45,616 nt of DNA from the NCBI GenBank assembly GCA_046597055.1, contig JBKJLC010000031.1, positions 1 to 45,616 of the forward strand, given 5' to 3'. Below the pieces are notes generated by a model, which was not told where the DNA came from, did no database searches, and saw only the letters and a program-made list of their open reading frames with translations. The DNA comes from Kofleriaceae bacterium. Lineage in GTDB: Bacteria > Myxococcota_A > Polyangia > Haliangiales > Haliangiaceae. A program made the translations under genes and the position numbers. Below, piece after piece: positions 1 through 9,304 of this stretch (positions are counted from its first letter, which is position 1; every line of letters starts with the position of its first letter).

Positions 1-3000
1 CCTGGCCGGTCAGGTTGGCGGCCATGAAGTTCACGTTGTCGGTAAGGTCTTTCCAGGCGCCGCCGACACCCTTCACGTTCGCCTGACCGCCCAGCTTTCC
101 CTCGGTGCCGACTTCGCGGGCCACGCGCGTCACTTCCGAAGCGAACGAGGAGAGCTGGTCCACCATCGTGTTGATGGTGTTCTTGAGCTCCAGCACCTCG
201 CCCTTCACGTCGACGGTGATCTTCTTCGAGAGGTCACCGTTGGCGACCGCCGTCGTCACCGTCGCGATGTTCCGCACCTGCTCCGTGAGGGACGAGGCCA
301 TGAAGTTCACCGAGTCGGTCAGGTCCTTCCAGGTGCCGCTCACCCCTTCGACCTGGGCCTGGCCGCCGAGCCGGCCCTCGGTGCCGACCTCCTTCGCGAC
401 GCGCGTCACCTCCTGCGAGAAGGAGCGAAGCTGGTCGACCATCGTGTTGATCGTGTCCTTCAGCTCGAAGATCTCGCCCTTCACGTCGACGGTGATCTTC
501 TTCGAGAGGTCGCCGTTGGCGACCGCGGTTGTGACGAGGGCGATGTTCCGAACCTGACCGGTCAGGTTCGAGGCCATCCCGTTCACCGAGTCGGTCAGGT
601 CCTTCCAGGTGCCCGAGACGCCCTTCACCTTGGCCTGGCCACCGAGGAGCCCATCGGTTCCGACCTCGCGCGCGACGCGCGTCACCTCGTCGGCGAACGA
701 CGAGAGCTGGTCGACCATCGTGTTGATCGTGTTCTTGAGCTGGGCGATCTCGCCCTTCGCATTGACGGTGATCTTCTGCGACAGATCGCCCTTGGCGACT
801 GCGGTCGTCACCTCGGCGATCGCGCGCACCTGGGTCGTCAGGTTGGCCGCCAGGGTGTTCACGTTCTCGGTCAGGTGCTTCCAGGTGCCGGAGACGCCCT
901 GCACCTCGGCCTGGCCGCCGAGCTTGCCCTCGGTGCCGACCTCCTTCGCGACGCGCGTCACCTCGTCGGCGAAGCCGGAGAGCTGGTCGACCATCGTGTT
1001 GATCGTGTTCTTCAGCTCGGCGATCTCCCCGCGCACGTCCACGGTCACCTTCTTCGAGAGGTCGCCCTTGGCGACGGCGGTCGTCACCTCGGCGATGTTC
1101 CGCACCTGCTCGGTGAGGCTCGTCGCCATCACGTTCACATTGTCCGTCAGGTCCTTCCAGGTGCCGCTGACGCCCGGGACTTCTGCCTGCACGCCGAGCT
1201 TGCCCTCGGTGCCGACCTCCTTCGCGACGCGCGTCACCTCGTCGGCGAACGAGGAGAGCTGGTCGACCATCGTGTTGATCGTCGCCTTCAGCTCGGCGAT
1301 CTCGCCGCGCGCGTCGACGGCGATCTTCTGCGACAGGTCGCCCCGTGCGACCGCGGTCGTCACGTCGGCGATCGCCCGCACCTGCGTGGTGAGGTTCTGT
1401 GCGAGTTGGTTGACGTTGTCGGTGAGGCCGCGCCAGGTGCCGCTGACCCCCTCGACCTGAGCCTGGCCGCCGAGGATTCCCTCGGTGCCGACCTCACGGG
1501 CCACGCGTGTCACCTCGTCGGCGAACGAGGAGAGCTGGTCGACCATCGTGTTGATCGTCGACTTCAGCTCGGCGATCTCGCCGCGCGCGTCGACGGTGAT
1601 CTTCTGCGACAGGTCGCCCCGTGCGACCGCGGTCGTCACGTCGGCGATGTTCCGCACCTGCGAGGTGAGGTTCGCGGCCATGAAGTTCACGCTCTCGGTC
1701 AGACCGCGCCAGGTGCCGCTGACCCCTTCGACTTCGGCCTGGCCCCCGAGGATTCCCTCGGTACCGACCTCGCGGGCGACGCGGGTCACCTCCGCCGCGA
1801 AGGCCGAGAGCTGGTCGACCATCGTGTTGATCGTGTCCTTCAGCTCGAGCACCTCGCCTTTGGCGTCGACGGTGATCTTCTTCGAGAGGTCGCCGTTGGC
1901 GACCGCCGTCGTCACCTCGGCGATGTTGCGGACCTGGCTCGTCAGGTTGCCGGCGAGCTGGTTCACGTTCTCGGTCAGGCCGCGCCAGGTGCCGCTGACC
2001 CCTTCGACTTCGGCCTGGCCCCCGAGGATTCCCTCGGTGCCGACCTCGCGGGCGACGCGGGTCACCTCCGCCGCGAAGGCCGAGAGCTGGTCGACCATCG
2101 TGTTGATCGTCTCCTTCAGCTCGAGCACCTCGCCCCGCACGTCGACGGTGATCTTCTTCGAGAGGTCGCCGGTGGCGACCGCGGTCGTGACAAGCGCGAT
2201 GTTGCGGACCTGGCTCGTCAGGTTGCCGGCGAGCGTGTTCACGTTCTCGGTCAGGTCGCGCCACACGCCGGAGACACCCTCGACCTGGGCCTGGCCGCCG
2301 AGCTTGCCCTCGGTGCCGACCTCGCGGGCGACGCGGGTCACCTCGGCGGCGAACGAGCGGAGCTGGTCGACCATCGTGTTGATCGTCTCCTTCAGCTCGA
2401 GCACTTCGCCCTTGACGTCGACGGTGATCTTCCGCGAGAGATCGCCGGTCGCGACCGCCGTCGTCACCTCGGCGATGTTGCGCACCTGGCTCGTCAGGTT
2501 GCCGGCCAGGGTGTTCACGTTTTCGGTCAGGTCCTTCCAGACGCCGCTGACGCCCTCGACCTGGGCCTGGCCGCCGAGCTTGCCCTCGGTGCCGACCTCG
2601 CGGGCGACGCGGGTCACCTCCGAGGCGAACGAGTTGAGCTGATCGACCATCGTGTTGATGGTCGTCTTGAGCTGGAGGATCTCGCCCTTGACGTCGACCG
2701 TGATCTTCTTCGAGAGGTCGCCCTTGGCGACCGCGGTGGTCACCTCGGCGATGTTACGGACCTGGGCGGTGAGGTTACCGGCCATCAGGTTCACCGAGTC
2801 GGTGAGGTCCTTCCAGGTGCCGGCGACGCCGCGCACGCGGGCCTGACCGCCGAGCTTGCCCTCGGTGCCGACCTCGCGGGCGACGCGGGTCACCTCCGAC
2901 GCGAACGAGCCGAGCTGCTCGACCATGCCGTTGACGACCTTGGCCGTGCGCAAGAACTCGCCGCGCAGCGGCATGCCGTCGAGATCGAGCGCCATCTTCT

Positions 3001-3472
3001 GCGACAGATCGCCGGCGGCGACCGCGCCGATGACGCGGCCGACCTCGCTGGTGCGGTGCGACAGCGCCGCGATGACGGCGTTGCACGACTCGAGACAGGT
3101 CCGCCACGCCCCGTCGGCGTCGGACAGCGACGCGCGCTTGCCGAGCCGGCCGTCGCGAATGACGATCTGGTTGGTGTTGACCAGCTCCTCGGTCAGGCGC
3201 TCGCTCAGGTCGATCACCTCGTTGAGGGCCTGGGCGACCTGGCCGTGGATGCCGTTGAACCCGCGCGGCATGCGCGCCGAGAAGTCGCCGCGGCGGAACG
3301 CGCGGAGCACGTCGAGCAGCATCTCGGGTGGGATCACGGGGTCGCGGCTGCTGTCCGCCCGGGCCGGCTCGGCGGGGACCGTGCCGTTGCGCTTGGTCGC
3401 GCCGTGGGTGCCGTTGGTGCCGTTGTTGGCGGCGCGCGTGCGTGTGCGGGCGGGAGGAGCAGTGCTGGGCAT
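1..3472 (-). CDS. Poly-HAMP sensor protein, N-terminal part, probably a group III-type hybrid histidine kinase (Nik1/Os-1/OsaA-like); runs off the left edge of the window
   Basis: Not in the ORF track because its stop lies outside the window. ATG at 3472 with GAGG just upstream. The minus-strand frame reads 92-aa repeats like [86 protein letters not shown]. The kinase core is not visible. Confidence 0.93.
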   Translation of the reverse strand, partial: MPSTAPPARTRTRAANNGTNGTHGATKRNGTVPAEPARADSSRDPVIPPEMLLDVLRAFRRGDFSARMPRGFNGIHGQVAQALNEVIDLSERLTEELVNTNQIVIRDGRLGKRASLSDADGAWRTCLESCNAVIAALSHRTSEVGRVIGAVAAGDLSQKMALDLDGMPLRGEFLRTAKVVNGMVEQLGSFASEVTRVAREVGTEGKLGGQARVRGVAGTWKDLTDSVNLMAGNLTAQVRNIAEVTTAVAKGDLSKKITVDVKGEILQLKTTINTMVDQLNSFASEVTRVAREVGTEGKLGGQAQVEGVSGVWKDLTENVNTLAGNLTSQVRNIAEVTTAVATGDLSRKITVDVKGEVLELKETINTMVDQLRSFAAEVTRVAREVGTEGKLGGQAQVEGVSGVWRDLTENVNTLAGNLTSQVRNIALVTTAVATGDLSKKITVDVRGEVLELKETINTMVDQLSAFAAEVTRVAREVGTEGILGGQAEVEGVSGTWRGLTENVNQLAGNLTSQVRNIAEVTTAVANGDLSKKITVDAKGEVLELKDTINTMVDQLSAFAAEVTRVAREVGTEGILGGQAEVEGVSGTWRGLTESVNFMAANLTSQVRNIADVTTAVARGDLSQKITVDARGEIAELKSTINTMVDQLSSFADEVTRVAREVGTEGILGGQAQVEGVSGTWRGLTDNVNQLAQNLTTQVRAIADVTTAVARGDLSQKIAVDARGEIAELKATINTMVDQLSSFADEVTRVAKEVGTEGKLGVQAEVPGVSGTWKDLTDNVNVMATSLTEQVRNIAEVTTAVAKGDLSKKVTVDVRGEIAELKNTINTMVDQLSGFADEVTRVAKEVGTEGKLGGQAEVQGVSGTWKHLTENVNTLAANLTTQVRAIAEVTTAVAKGDLSQKITVNAKGEIAQLKNTINTMVDQLSSFADEVTRVAREVGTDGLLGGQAKVKGVSGTWKDLTDSVNGMASNLTGQVRNIALVTTAVANGDLSKKITVDVKGEIFELKDTINTMVDQLRSFSQEVTRVAKEVGTEGRLGGQAQVEGVSGTWKDLTDSVNFMASSLTEQVRNIATVTTAVANGDLSKKITVDVKGEVLELKNTINTMVDQLSSFASEVTRVAREVGTEGKLGGQANVKGVGGAWKDLTDNVNFMAANLTGQ
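157..2940. repeat. 276-bp coding tandem repeat, about 11 copies, encoding the HAMP array
   Basis: The anchor GGTCGACCATCGTGTTGATC, or a variant of it, recurs at about 157, 433, 709, 985, 1261, 1537, 1813, 2089, 2365, 2641 and 2917, a 276-nt period. Confidence 0.92.
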
Positions 3473-3531
3473 GAGACCTCGGGGTACGACACACCACGGG
3501 CGCGGTCGCGTCCCTGGGCCCGGCCAACTAT

Positions 3532-3547
3532 TGCAGTATGCGAGCCG
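3532..3547 (-). promoter_or_regulatory. Possible sigma54 -24/-12 promoter for the poly-HAMP gene
   Basis: Minus strand reads CGGCTCGCATACTGCA (GG-N10-GC), about 60 nt upstream of the ATG. Confidence 0.35.
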
Positions 3548-3663
3548 TGCCGCTCACCCCGTGGCACAGGAGACACAAAGCGATACCGGTTACTTACCAG
3601 CCATCATCTAGTTTCTGCACGTGCGCGCACGACACCGTGTGTCATTCTCGCACGCCCTCGCGG

Positions 3664-3933
3664 TCAGCCAGCGGGGCGCCGGTTCTTGTCGGCAATGCCG
3701 GTCAGCAGGATCAGGAACGCGCCGAGCCGGAGCAGGTGAAACCAGTGTCGGTGCTCGGCGTCCGGCGCGATCGCCGCGACCATCGTCCAGTTCAGGGCGA
3801 GCACCCAGAACGCGGCTGCAAAGAAGAGGAACAGGCGATCGCGGCTGTCGCGCCAGTAGGTCAGGAACAGCACCCCGGCGATCAGGGAGCCCATGGCCGC
3901 GGCGCCCTGCAGGAACGGGACGAGGTGTGTCAT
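3664..3933 (-). CDS. Small 3-TM membrane protein, DUF5985-like
   Basis: FLQGAAAMGSLIAGVLFLTYWRDSRDRLFLFFAAAFWVLALN...LLRLGAFLILLTGIADKNR, a recognised family pattern. Confidence 0.8.
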   Translation of the reverse strand: MTHLVPFLQGAAAMGSLIAGVLFLTYWRDSRDRLFLFFAAAFWVLALNWTMVAAIAPDAEHRHWFHLLRLGAFLILLTGIADKNRRPAG

Positions 3934-3937
3934 CGGA

Positions 3938-4195
3938 TCACCGCCGCTCCCAGATGAGGCCGATCAGCAGGAGTCCCACCGCGAGCACCGCGGTGAGGGC
4001 GCGGGGGAACGACAGGTCGCTCTCGGGCACCACCACCCGGTCGACGAACAGGAGCACGTTGTTGGCGGCGAGCCCGACGAAGCACAGGCTGCTCCACAGG
4101 AGCAGCCGGGCCCGGCTCCGCCGCCAGCTCCGCACCAGGAGCAGCGCGCACAGGATGCTGGTCAGGGCGCACAGCACGTAGACGGTCTCAGCCAT
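3938..4195 (-). CDS. Small 3-TM membrane protein, DUF5985-like (paralogous subtype)
   Basis: MAETVYVLCALTSILCALLLVRSWRRSRARLLLWSSLCFVGLAANNVLLFVD...LIWE. The ATG at 4195 overlaps the end of the upstream gene, with GGAG before it. Confidence 0.82.
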   Translation of the reverse strand: MAETVYVLCALTSILCALLLVRSWRRSRARLLLWSSLCFVGLAANNVLLFVDRVVVPESDLSFPRALTAVLAVGLLLIGLIWERR

Positions 4196-4601
4196 GGTCG
4201 TCTCCGTCGTCGGGACGCCGACGTATCCGGAAGGCATCCGAGAATGCGCGTGCCGCCGACGCGCGGATCCGGCCGAAGGCCCGGCGGGTCATCACCTCGA
4301 GCACCGCCGGGCGGTTGCTGGACCAGGTGGCGGCGAGCTGGTCGAAGCCGGCGGTGGCCTCGGCGTCACCGGACCAGCGCCAGCCGGCGCCGGGCACCGC
4401 CGCCAGCAGCCCGGCCGCGACCAGCGCGGCGAGCTCGGGGACGATCGCGTGGCGGGGCAGGCCGGTCGCGGTCACCAGCGCGTCGACGCCGACCGGCCCG
4501 GGGCCGGCCCGGATCGTGAGGAGCACGTCGAGCTTCTCGAACGAGTCGATCGGCCCGAACAGCAGCTGCCGGGCGCCGTCGGAGAGCTCTGCCGGTTGCA
4601 C
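4188..4601 (-). CDS. Conserved hypothetical protein, winged-helix-like, first gene of the DUF5985 cassette
   Basis: IDSFEKLDVLL, an HTH-like segment GVDALVTATGLPRHAIVPELAALVAAGLL, and C-terminal ARAFSDAFRIR; overlaps the next gene. Confidence 0.7.
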   Translation of the reverse strand: MQPAELSDGARQLLFGPIDSFEKLDVLLTIRAGPGPVGVDALVTATGLPRHAIVPELAALVAAGLLAAVPGAGWRWSGDAEATAGFDQLAATWSSNRPAVLEVMTRRAFGRIRASAARAFSDAFRIRRRPDDGDDHG

Positions 4602-4819
4602 GTGACGATAGTTTGCCTCAGGTTGCTATGTACGCCAACAGTCGGGCCGCCGGGTGCGGTCGAGCGGGCCGGCAACCGCCCCCGCGGCCGGCCTCGCGGC
4701 CCCGATCCGGCACCCCGGGCGGGCGGCGCCCGCACTTTCGGCGTCCGCTGCCGCATCATGCCAGCGTCGGCGGCGGCGTTGTTCGATATGGATCAACTCG
4801 CCGGCATCGCCGGTGCTCG

Positions 4820-7162
4820 ATGTCCGCCACCACCGCACCCGCCGCCGCCGCGTGCCCGTCGTGTGGCACCGCTGCGGACGGCGGGCCATTCTGTCCGCGC
4901 GACGGCACGATCCTGGCGCCGGTCCCGTTCACGATCGGCGAGCGCTACCAGGTCGAGGAGCTGATCGGCCGCGGCGGGTTCGGCTTCGTGTTCGGCGGCC
5001 GCCACGCGCTGCTCGGACGTGCGGTCGCGGTGAAGGTGCTCCGGCCCGAGTACGCCCGCGACGAGCTGCCGCGCCGACGCTTCCTGCGCGAGGCGCGCAC
5101 GGCCAGCCAGCTGGTCCACGAGCACATCGTCGGCGTCCTCGACTTCGGCGTCGACGCCGAGCTGGATGTCACCTACCTGGTGATGGACCGGGTCGCCGGC
5201 TCGACCCTCGCGCACGCGCTCGCCGACGGGCAGCCGATGCCGGTGGCCCGGGCGCTGCCGATCCTGCTGAAGATCGCCCGCGCGCTGGCGGCCGCTCACG
5301 CCGCCGGGGTGGTCCACCGCGATCTGAACCCGCGCAACATCTTGCTGGTGCCGGCCGCCCACGGCGACGAGGGCGTGAAGCTGTGCGACTTCGGCCTGTC
5401 GCGCCTGATCGACGGCCGCGACCGGGTGACCCGCGCCGGCGTGGTGATGGGGACCCCGGCGTACATGGCACCCGAGCAGCTCCGCGGCGATGGTGGCCAG
5501 GATCACCGGGTCGATCTGCACGCGTTCGGCGTCACCGCCTTCGAGCTGCTGACCGGCCGCCGGCCGTTCGCCGCGGCGACGCCCGCCGCGCTGATCGCGC
5601 GCAAGCTGTCGACCGATCCCGAGCGCACCCGCGAGCTGCCGATCGATGGCGTGCCGCCGGAGGTCGAGGCGCTGGTGCAGCGCTGCCTCGAGCGCGACCC
5701 GGCGGCGCGGCCGGCCAGCGCCGACGAGCTGATCGCCGTGATCGGCGACGCGTGCACCGCTGCTCGTGACGGCGAGGTCCGGGCCCGGGCGCTGCCGTCG
5801 AATCTGGTCGGGCAGCGCGTCGGGCACCATGTCATCAACCGCCTGATCGAGACCGGCGGCCTGGGCGCGGTCTACGAGGGCGAGCACCCGATCATCGGGA
5901 CCCGGGTCGCGGTCAAGGTGCTGCTGCCCGACGCGGTCGCGATCCCCGGCATGAGCGAGCGCTTCATCCTCGAGGCCCGGCTGTCGGGACGGATCGACAG
6001 CCCGCACATGCCGCGCTACCTCGACTTCGGGCACCTGCCGGGTGGTCGGCCGTACGCGGTGATGGAGCTGCTGGTCGGCGAGACCCTGGCCCAGCGCATC
6101 GAGCAGGGACCCCTGCCGGTCGCCGAGGCCGGCGAGATCGTGGGCCAGCTCGCCGCCGTGCTCGGGCTGGCCCACCGCGCCGACATCATCCATCGCGACG
6201 TCAAGCCGGCCAACATCTTCCTCACCCGGGGTGAAGGTGGGGCCCGGCTGGTGAAGCTGCTCGACTTCGGGATCGCGAAGGCGCTCACCAGTCCCGGCGA
6301 CGGCGCCCGCACCGCGGTCGGCATGATGATGGGGACGCCCTACTACTGCGCGCCGGAGCAGGCGCTCGGGCTCGAGGTCGGGCCCGCCGCCGACGTGTAC
6401 GCGCTCGGCGTCACCCTGTACGAGATGCTGTCGGGGCAGCTGCCGTTCGACGGTCAGCTCACCCAGGTGCTCGGCGCCAAGACCACGACCGAGGCGCCGC
6501 CGCTGTCCGGGCTGCCGGCCGAGGTGGTCGCCACCGTCGCCGCCATGCTGGTGCGCGATCCATCGGGACGCCTCGCGACCATGGCGGCGGTGACGGCGGC
6601 GGTCGCCGGATGGGGCAGGGCGTCGGCGGAGCGGACCGCGGCGGTGCCGACGGCGACCGTCGCGGCCACGCCTTCGAACATCGGGCCGACCCCGCCGACC
6701 GCGGCGCCGTGGTCCAGCGCGACCGCCGTGCCGCCGGCACGCCGGGGCCCACGGTCCGGGGTGCTCATCGCGGTCGGCGGGGCGGTGGCGGCGGCCATCG
6801 CGCTGGGCGCCGGATGGACCTGGCGCCCGGGTCGGGCCCGACCCGCGCCGGCGGTGATGGCGCCGGCGGTGGTCACGCCCGCGCCGGCGTTGGTCAGCCC
6901 GAGCGCGGTGATGCCGCTGGTGGTGCCGGCCCCTGACGTCTCGCCACCGGCCCGCCCGGAGCCCGCGGCGGCCGCCATCCCGGCGGCCCCGCGCGCGCGC
7001 ACCCGCTCGTCGCCGGCGGTGCCCCGTCCCGCCCCGCCGGCGGCGCCGCCGCCGGCCCCGGCCGCCGCGCCGTCCGACCGCGCCGGTCCGGCCGAGGCCG
7101 TGATCGTCGATCCGTTCGAAGGCTCGGTCCGCACCCGCGCGCCGGCAGGAAGCCCGCCATGA
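4820..7162 (+). CDS. Membrane Ser/Thr protein kinase with two tandem kinase domains, an N-terminal Zn-ribbon-like motif, a TM helix and a Pro-rich tail
   Basis: CPSC...CPRD. Domain 1: GRGGFGFV/VAVK/HRDLNPRN/DFG/APE. Domain 2: ETGGLGAV/VAVK/HRDVKPAN/DFG/APE. TM: VLIAVGGAVAAAIALGAGW. Start placed at ATG 4820. Confidence 0.92.
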   Translation: MSATTAPAAAACPSCGTAADGGPFCPRDGTILAPVPFTIGERYQVEELIGRGGFGFVFGGRHALLGRAVAVKVLRPEYARDELPRRRFLREARTASQLVHEHIVGVLDFGVDAELDVTYLVMDRVAGSTLAHALADGQPMPVARALPILLKIARALAAAHAAGVVHRDLNPRNILLVPAAHGDEGVKLCDFGLSRLIDGRDRVTRAGVVMGTPAYMAPEQLRGDGGQDHRVDLHAFGVTAFELLTGRRPFAAATPAALIARKLSTDPERTRELPIDGVPPEVEALVQRCLERDPAARPASADELIAVIGDACTAARDGEVRARALPSNLVGQRVGHHVINRLIETGGLGAVYEGEHPIIGTRVAVKVLLPDAVAIPGMSERFILEARLSGRIDSPHMPRYLDFGHLPGGRPYAVMELLVGETLAQRIEQGPLPVAEAGEIVGQLAAVLGLAHRADIIHRDVKPANIFLTRGEGGARLVKLLDFGIAKALTSPGDGARTAVGMMMGTPYYCAPEQALGLEVGPAADVYALGVTLYEMLSGQLPFDGQLTQVLGAKTTTEAPPLSGLPAEVVATVAAMLVRDPSGRLATMAAVTAAVAGWGRASAERTAAVPTATVAATPSNIGPTPPTAAPWSSATAVPPARRGPRSGVLIAVGGAVAAAIALGAGWTWRPGRARPAPAVMAPAVVTPAPALVSPSAVMPLVVPAPDVSPPARPEPAAAAIPAAPRARTRSSPAVPRPAPPAAPPPAPAAAPSDRAGPAEAVIVDPFEGSVRTRAPAGSPP

Positions 7163-7800
7163 TCGCTCGCCACGCTGCCGTCGCCCTGCTCGCGCTCGCT
7201 CTCGTCGCCGTCGCGGGCGGTGCGCGCGCGCAGCCCGCCGCCCCGCCGATCCTCGCGCCGGCCGAGGCGACGGCCGCGCGCGCGCACTTCGAGAAGGGCG
7301 TGACCCTGGTCGACCAGCGGCGGTACCCGGAGGCGCTGGCCGAGTTCTCGGCCGGCTACGAGCTGAGCGGTCGCCCGTTGTTCCTGTTCAACATGGGCGA
7401 GTGCGCGCGGCTCGGGGCGCGACCGGACGCGGCCCGCAGCTACTACCAGCGCTACCTCGCGGCCGAGCCGACCGGCGGGTTCGCGACCACCGCGCGGTCG
7501 CGGCTCGCCGAGCTGGGGACCGCCGCGGCGGACGATCCGACGCCGACCGACCCCCCACCCACGCCGCGGCTGCCGACCCCGGCCGAGGCCGCGCGCGCCC
7601 GGCAACCTATCGTGGCTGGGCCGGTCGTCCTCGGTGCGGCCCGGCCTGATCCGATGCCCACGTCGGGTCGGCGCTGGCGCTGGCCGATCCTGGCCGGGGT
7701 GGGCGCGGCGGTCGTCGCCGGCGGCGTCACCGCGTACGTCCTGACCCGCGACGACGGCGTCGATTGCGCGGGCGCCTGCACCCTGGTGGATCTCCGCTAG
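7159..7800 (+). CDS. Exported TPR-repeat protein with a C-terminal TM segment
   Basis: Signal peptide ending ARA-Q; TPR-like ARAHFEKGVTLVDQRRYPEALAEFSAGYEL...LFNMGECARLG...YYQRYL; ATGA overlap with the kinase stop. Confidence 0.85.
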   Translation: MIARHAAVALLALALVAVAGGARAQPAAPPILAPAEATAARAHFEKGVTLVDQRRYPEALAEFSAGYELSGRPLFLFNMGECARLGARPDAARSYYQRYLAAEPTGGFATTARSRLAELGTAAADDPTPTDPPPTPRLPTPAEAARARQPIVAGPVVLGAARPDPMPTSGRRWRWPILAGVGAAVVAGGVTAYVLTRDDGVDCAGACTLVDLR

Positions 7801-7802
7801 CC

Positions 7803-9182
7803 ATGCTCGACGAACGTCGTGGCTCGCGCGCGCTCGGTCGGATCGGCCGTCGCCTGGCCCTCTCGCTCCTGGCTGCCGTCGCCGGGTGCGCCGGCGACCC
7901 GACCGGCGCGCGGCTCGAGGTCCGCTTCGAGGCGAGCTGGCAGCTCGACCGGATCGGGCTGGCGGTCGGCGATCAGGCGGTCTCGGTGACCCCGGCGGCG
8001 GAGGTCCTGGTGCTGGTCCCGGACGCGTGGGCGGGCATGCCGCTGGCGATCGCCGGCACCGGGTTCCGTGGCGACGCGACGGTGGCGACCGGCGTGGTCG
8101 AGGTCACGCCGGTGCAGGGGCAGGTCGCCACCGCGATCCTGGTGCTGACCCCGGCCACGTGCGAGACGGTCTGCGAGCCGGGCCAGACCGCGTGCGCCGA
8201 CGGTGGGGTCGAGACCTGCGCGCTGCGCGCGGGATGCACCGCGTGGACCGCGCCGGTCGCTTGTGGCAGCGAGGCCCCGTTCTGCAGCGCCGGCCTGTGC
8301 ACCGCGTCGTGCGCCGGCACCTGCGAGCCGCAGCCCTGGACCACGGACATCGTCGACGGCGTGGTCCTCGACGCCACCCACGTGTACTGGGCCGATCTGG
8401 TCGATCACACGCTGATGCGCCGGCCGCGCGAGGGCGGGGCCGAGGCGCCGGTCGCGATCCACAGCGGGGTCATCGAGAACCTGGCCAGCGACGCGACCCA
8501 TCTCTACTGGGTCGACCGCGCCGCGGTGCGCCGGGTCGAAAAGGCGGGCGGCCCGATCGAGACCGTGTGGACCGCGATCGCACCCGACTACGACGTCAGC
8601 GAGATCGCGGTCGACGACACCCACATCTACTGGATCAACGAGATCGACACCTCGCCCGACGACGTCGCGGTGGTACGTCGGCGCGCGAAGAGCGGCGGGA
8701 CGGTCGAGACGATCAGCGACGGCCGGCGCAGCGTGGTCGGCCTCGGCATCGATGCCACCCACGTGTACTGGTCCGAGCGCCTGGCGCTGTGGCGGCGCGC
8801 CAAGGCCGGCGGGGCCACGCAGCGGGTGGCGGCACTGTCCGGGTTCTACTCGTCGATCGCGTTCGATCGCACCCACATCTACCTCACCCAGTACTGGGAG
8901 AATGAGGTCACCCGGGTGCCTCGCGCGGGTGGCCCGCCCGAGTCGGTCGCGACCGGCCAGGGTGGGCCCGGTTTCATCGCGGTCGACGCCGGCCACGTCT
9001 ACTGGGCCAACCGCCTGGACGGACGGGTGATGCGCTGGGCGAAGACCGGCGGGACGACCGCGCCGATCGCGACCGACCAGGCCGGCCCGTTGCACCTCGC
9101 CATCGATGACGATCACGTGTACTGGGGTGTCGGTGGTGCGGGTGGGTTGCTCCGACTGTCGCGCTGCGCCTGTGGCCTCTGA
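7803..9182 (+). CDS. Lipoprotein with a Cys-rich linker and a C-terminal beta-propeller (IAVDxTHVYW repeats)
   Basis: Lipobox VAGC; CETVCEPGQTAC...CSAGLC; about 7 repeats of the DATHVYW/DDTHIYW/DDDHVYW type. Confidence 0.85.
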   Translation: MLDERRGSRALGRIGRRLALSLLAAVAGCAGDPTGARLEVRFEASWQLDRIGLAVGDQAVSVTPAAEVLVLVPDAWAGMPLAIAGTGFRGDATVATGVVEVTPVQGQVATAILVLTPATCETVCEPGQTACADGGVETCALRAGCTAWTAPVACGSEAPFCSAGLCTASCAGTCEPQPWTTDIVDGVVLDATHVYWADLVDHTLMRRPREGGAEAPVAIHSGVIENLASDATHLYWVDRAAVRRVEKAGGPIETVWTAIAPDYDVSEIAVDDTHIYWINEIDTSPDDVAVVRRRAKSGGTVETISDGRRSVVGLGIDATHVYWSERLALWRRAKAGGATQRVAALSGFYSSIAFDRTHIYLTQYWENEVTRVPRAGGPPESVATGQGGPGFIAVDAGHVYWANRLDGRVMRWAKTGGTTAPIATDQAGPLHLAIDDDHVYWGVGGAGGLLRLSRCACGL

Positions 9183-9304
9183 CGCCGGACGGCTGGCACG
9201 GTCGACCGCTGGATCGGTCGGTGTTTCTGGTCACAGATCGGCGAGACTGGACTCTCCCGGGGAGGACTCCATCCAGCGCGCACGAGGGCGCGCCCGGCGC
9301 CGGG

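Noticed and set aside
157..2940. CRISPR-like regularly spaced repeats
   Set aside because: The whole 276-bp unit is repeated in frame and codes for protein; there are no unique spacers and no cas genes
105..3739. Long plus-strand ORFs (954, 385, 283 and 251 aa)
   Set aside because: Antisense shadows of the poly-HAMP gene; their periodicity only mirrors the 276-bp repeat
4613..4819. N-terminal extensions in the ORF track (also 12653-12808, 24283-24492, 30616-30804 and 42555-43190)
   Set aside because: Low-complexity Arg/Pro-rich translations of intergenic DNA; downstream starts fit RBS, promoter or domain boundaries better
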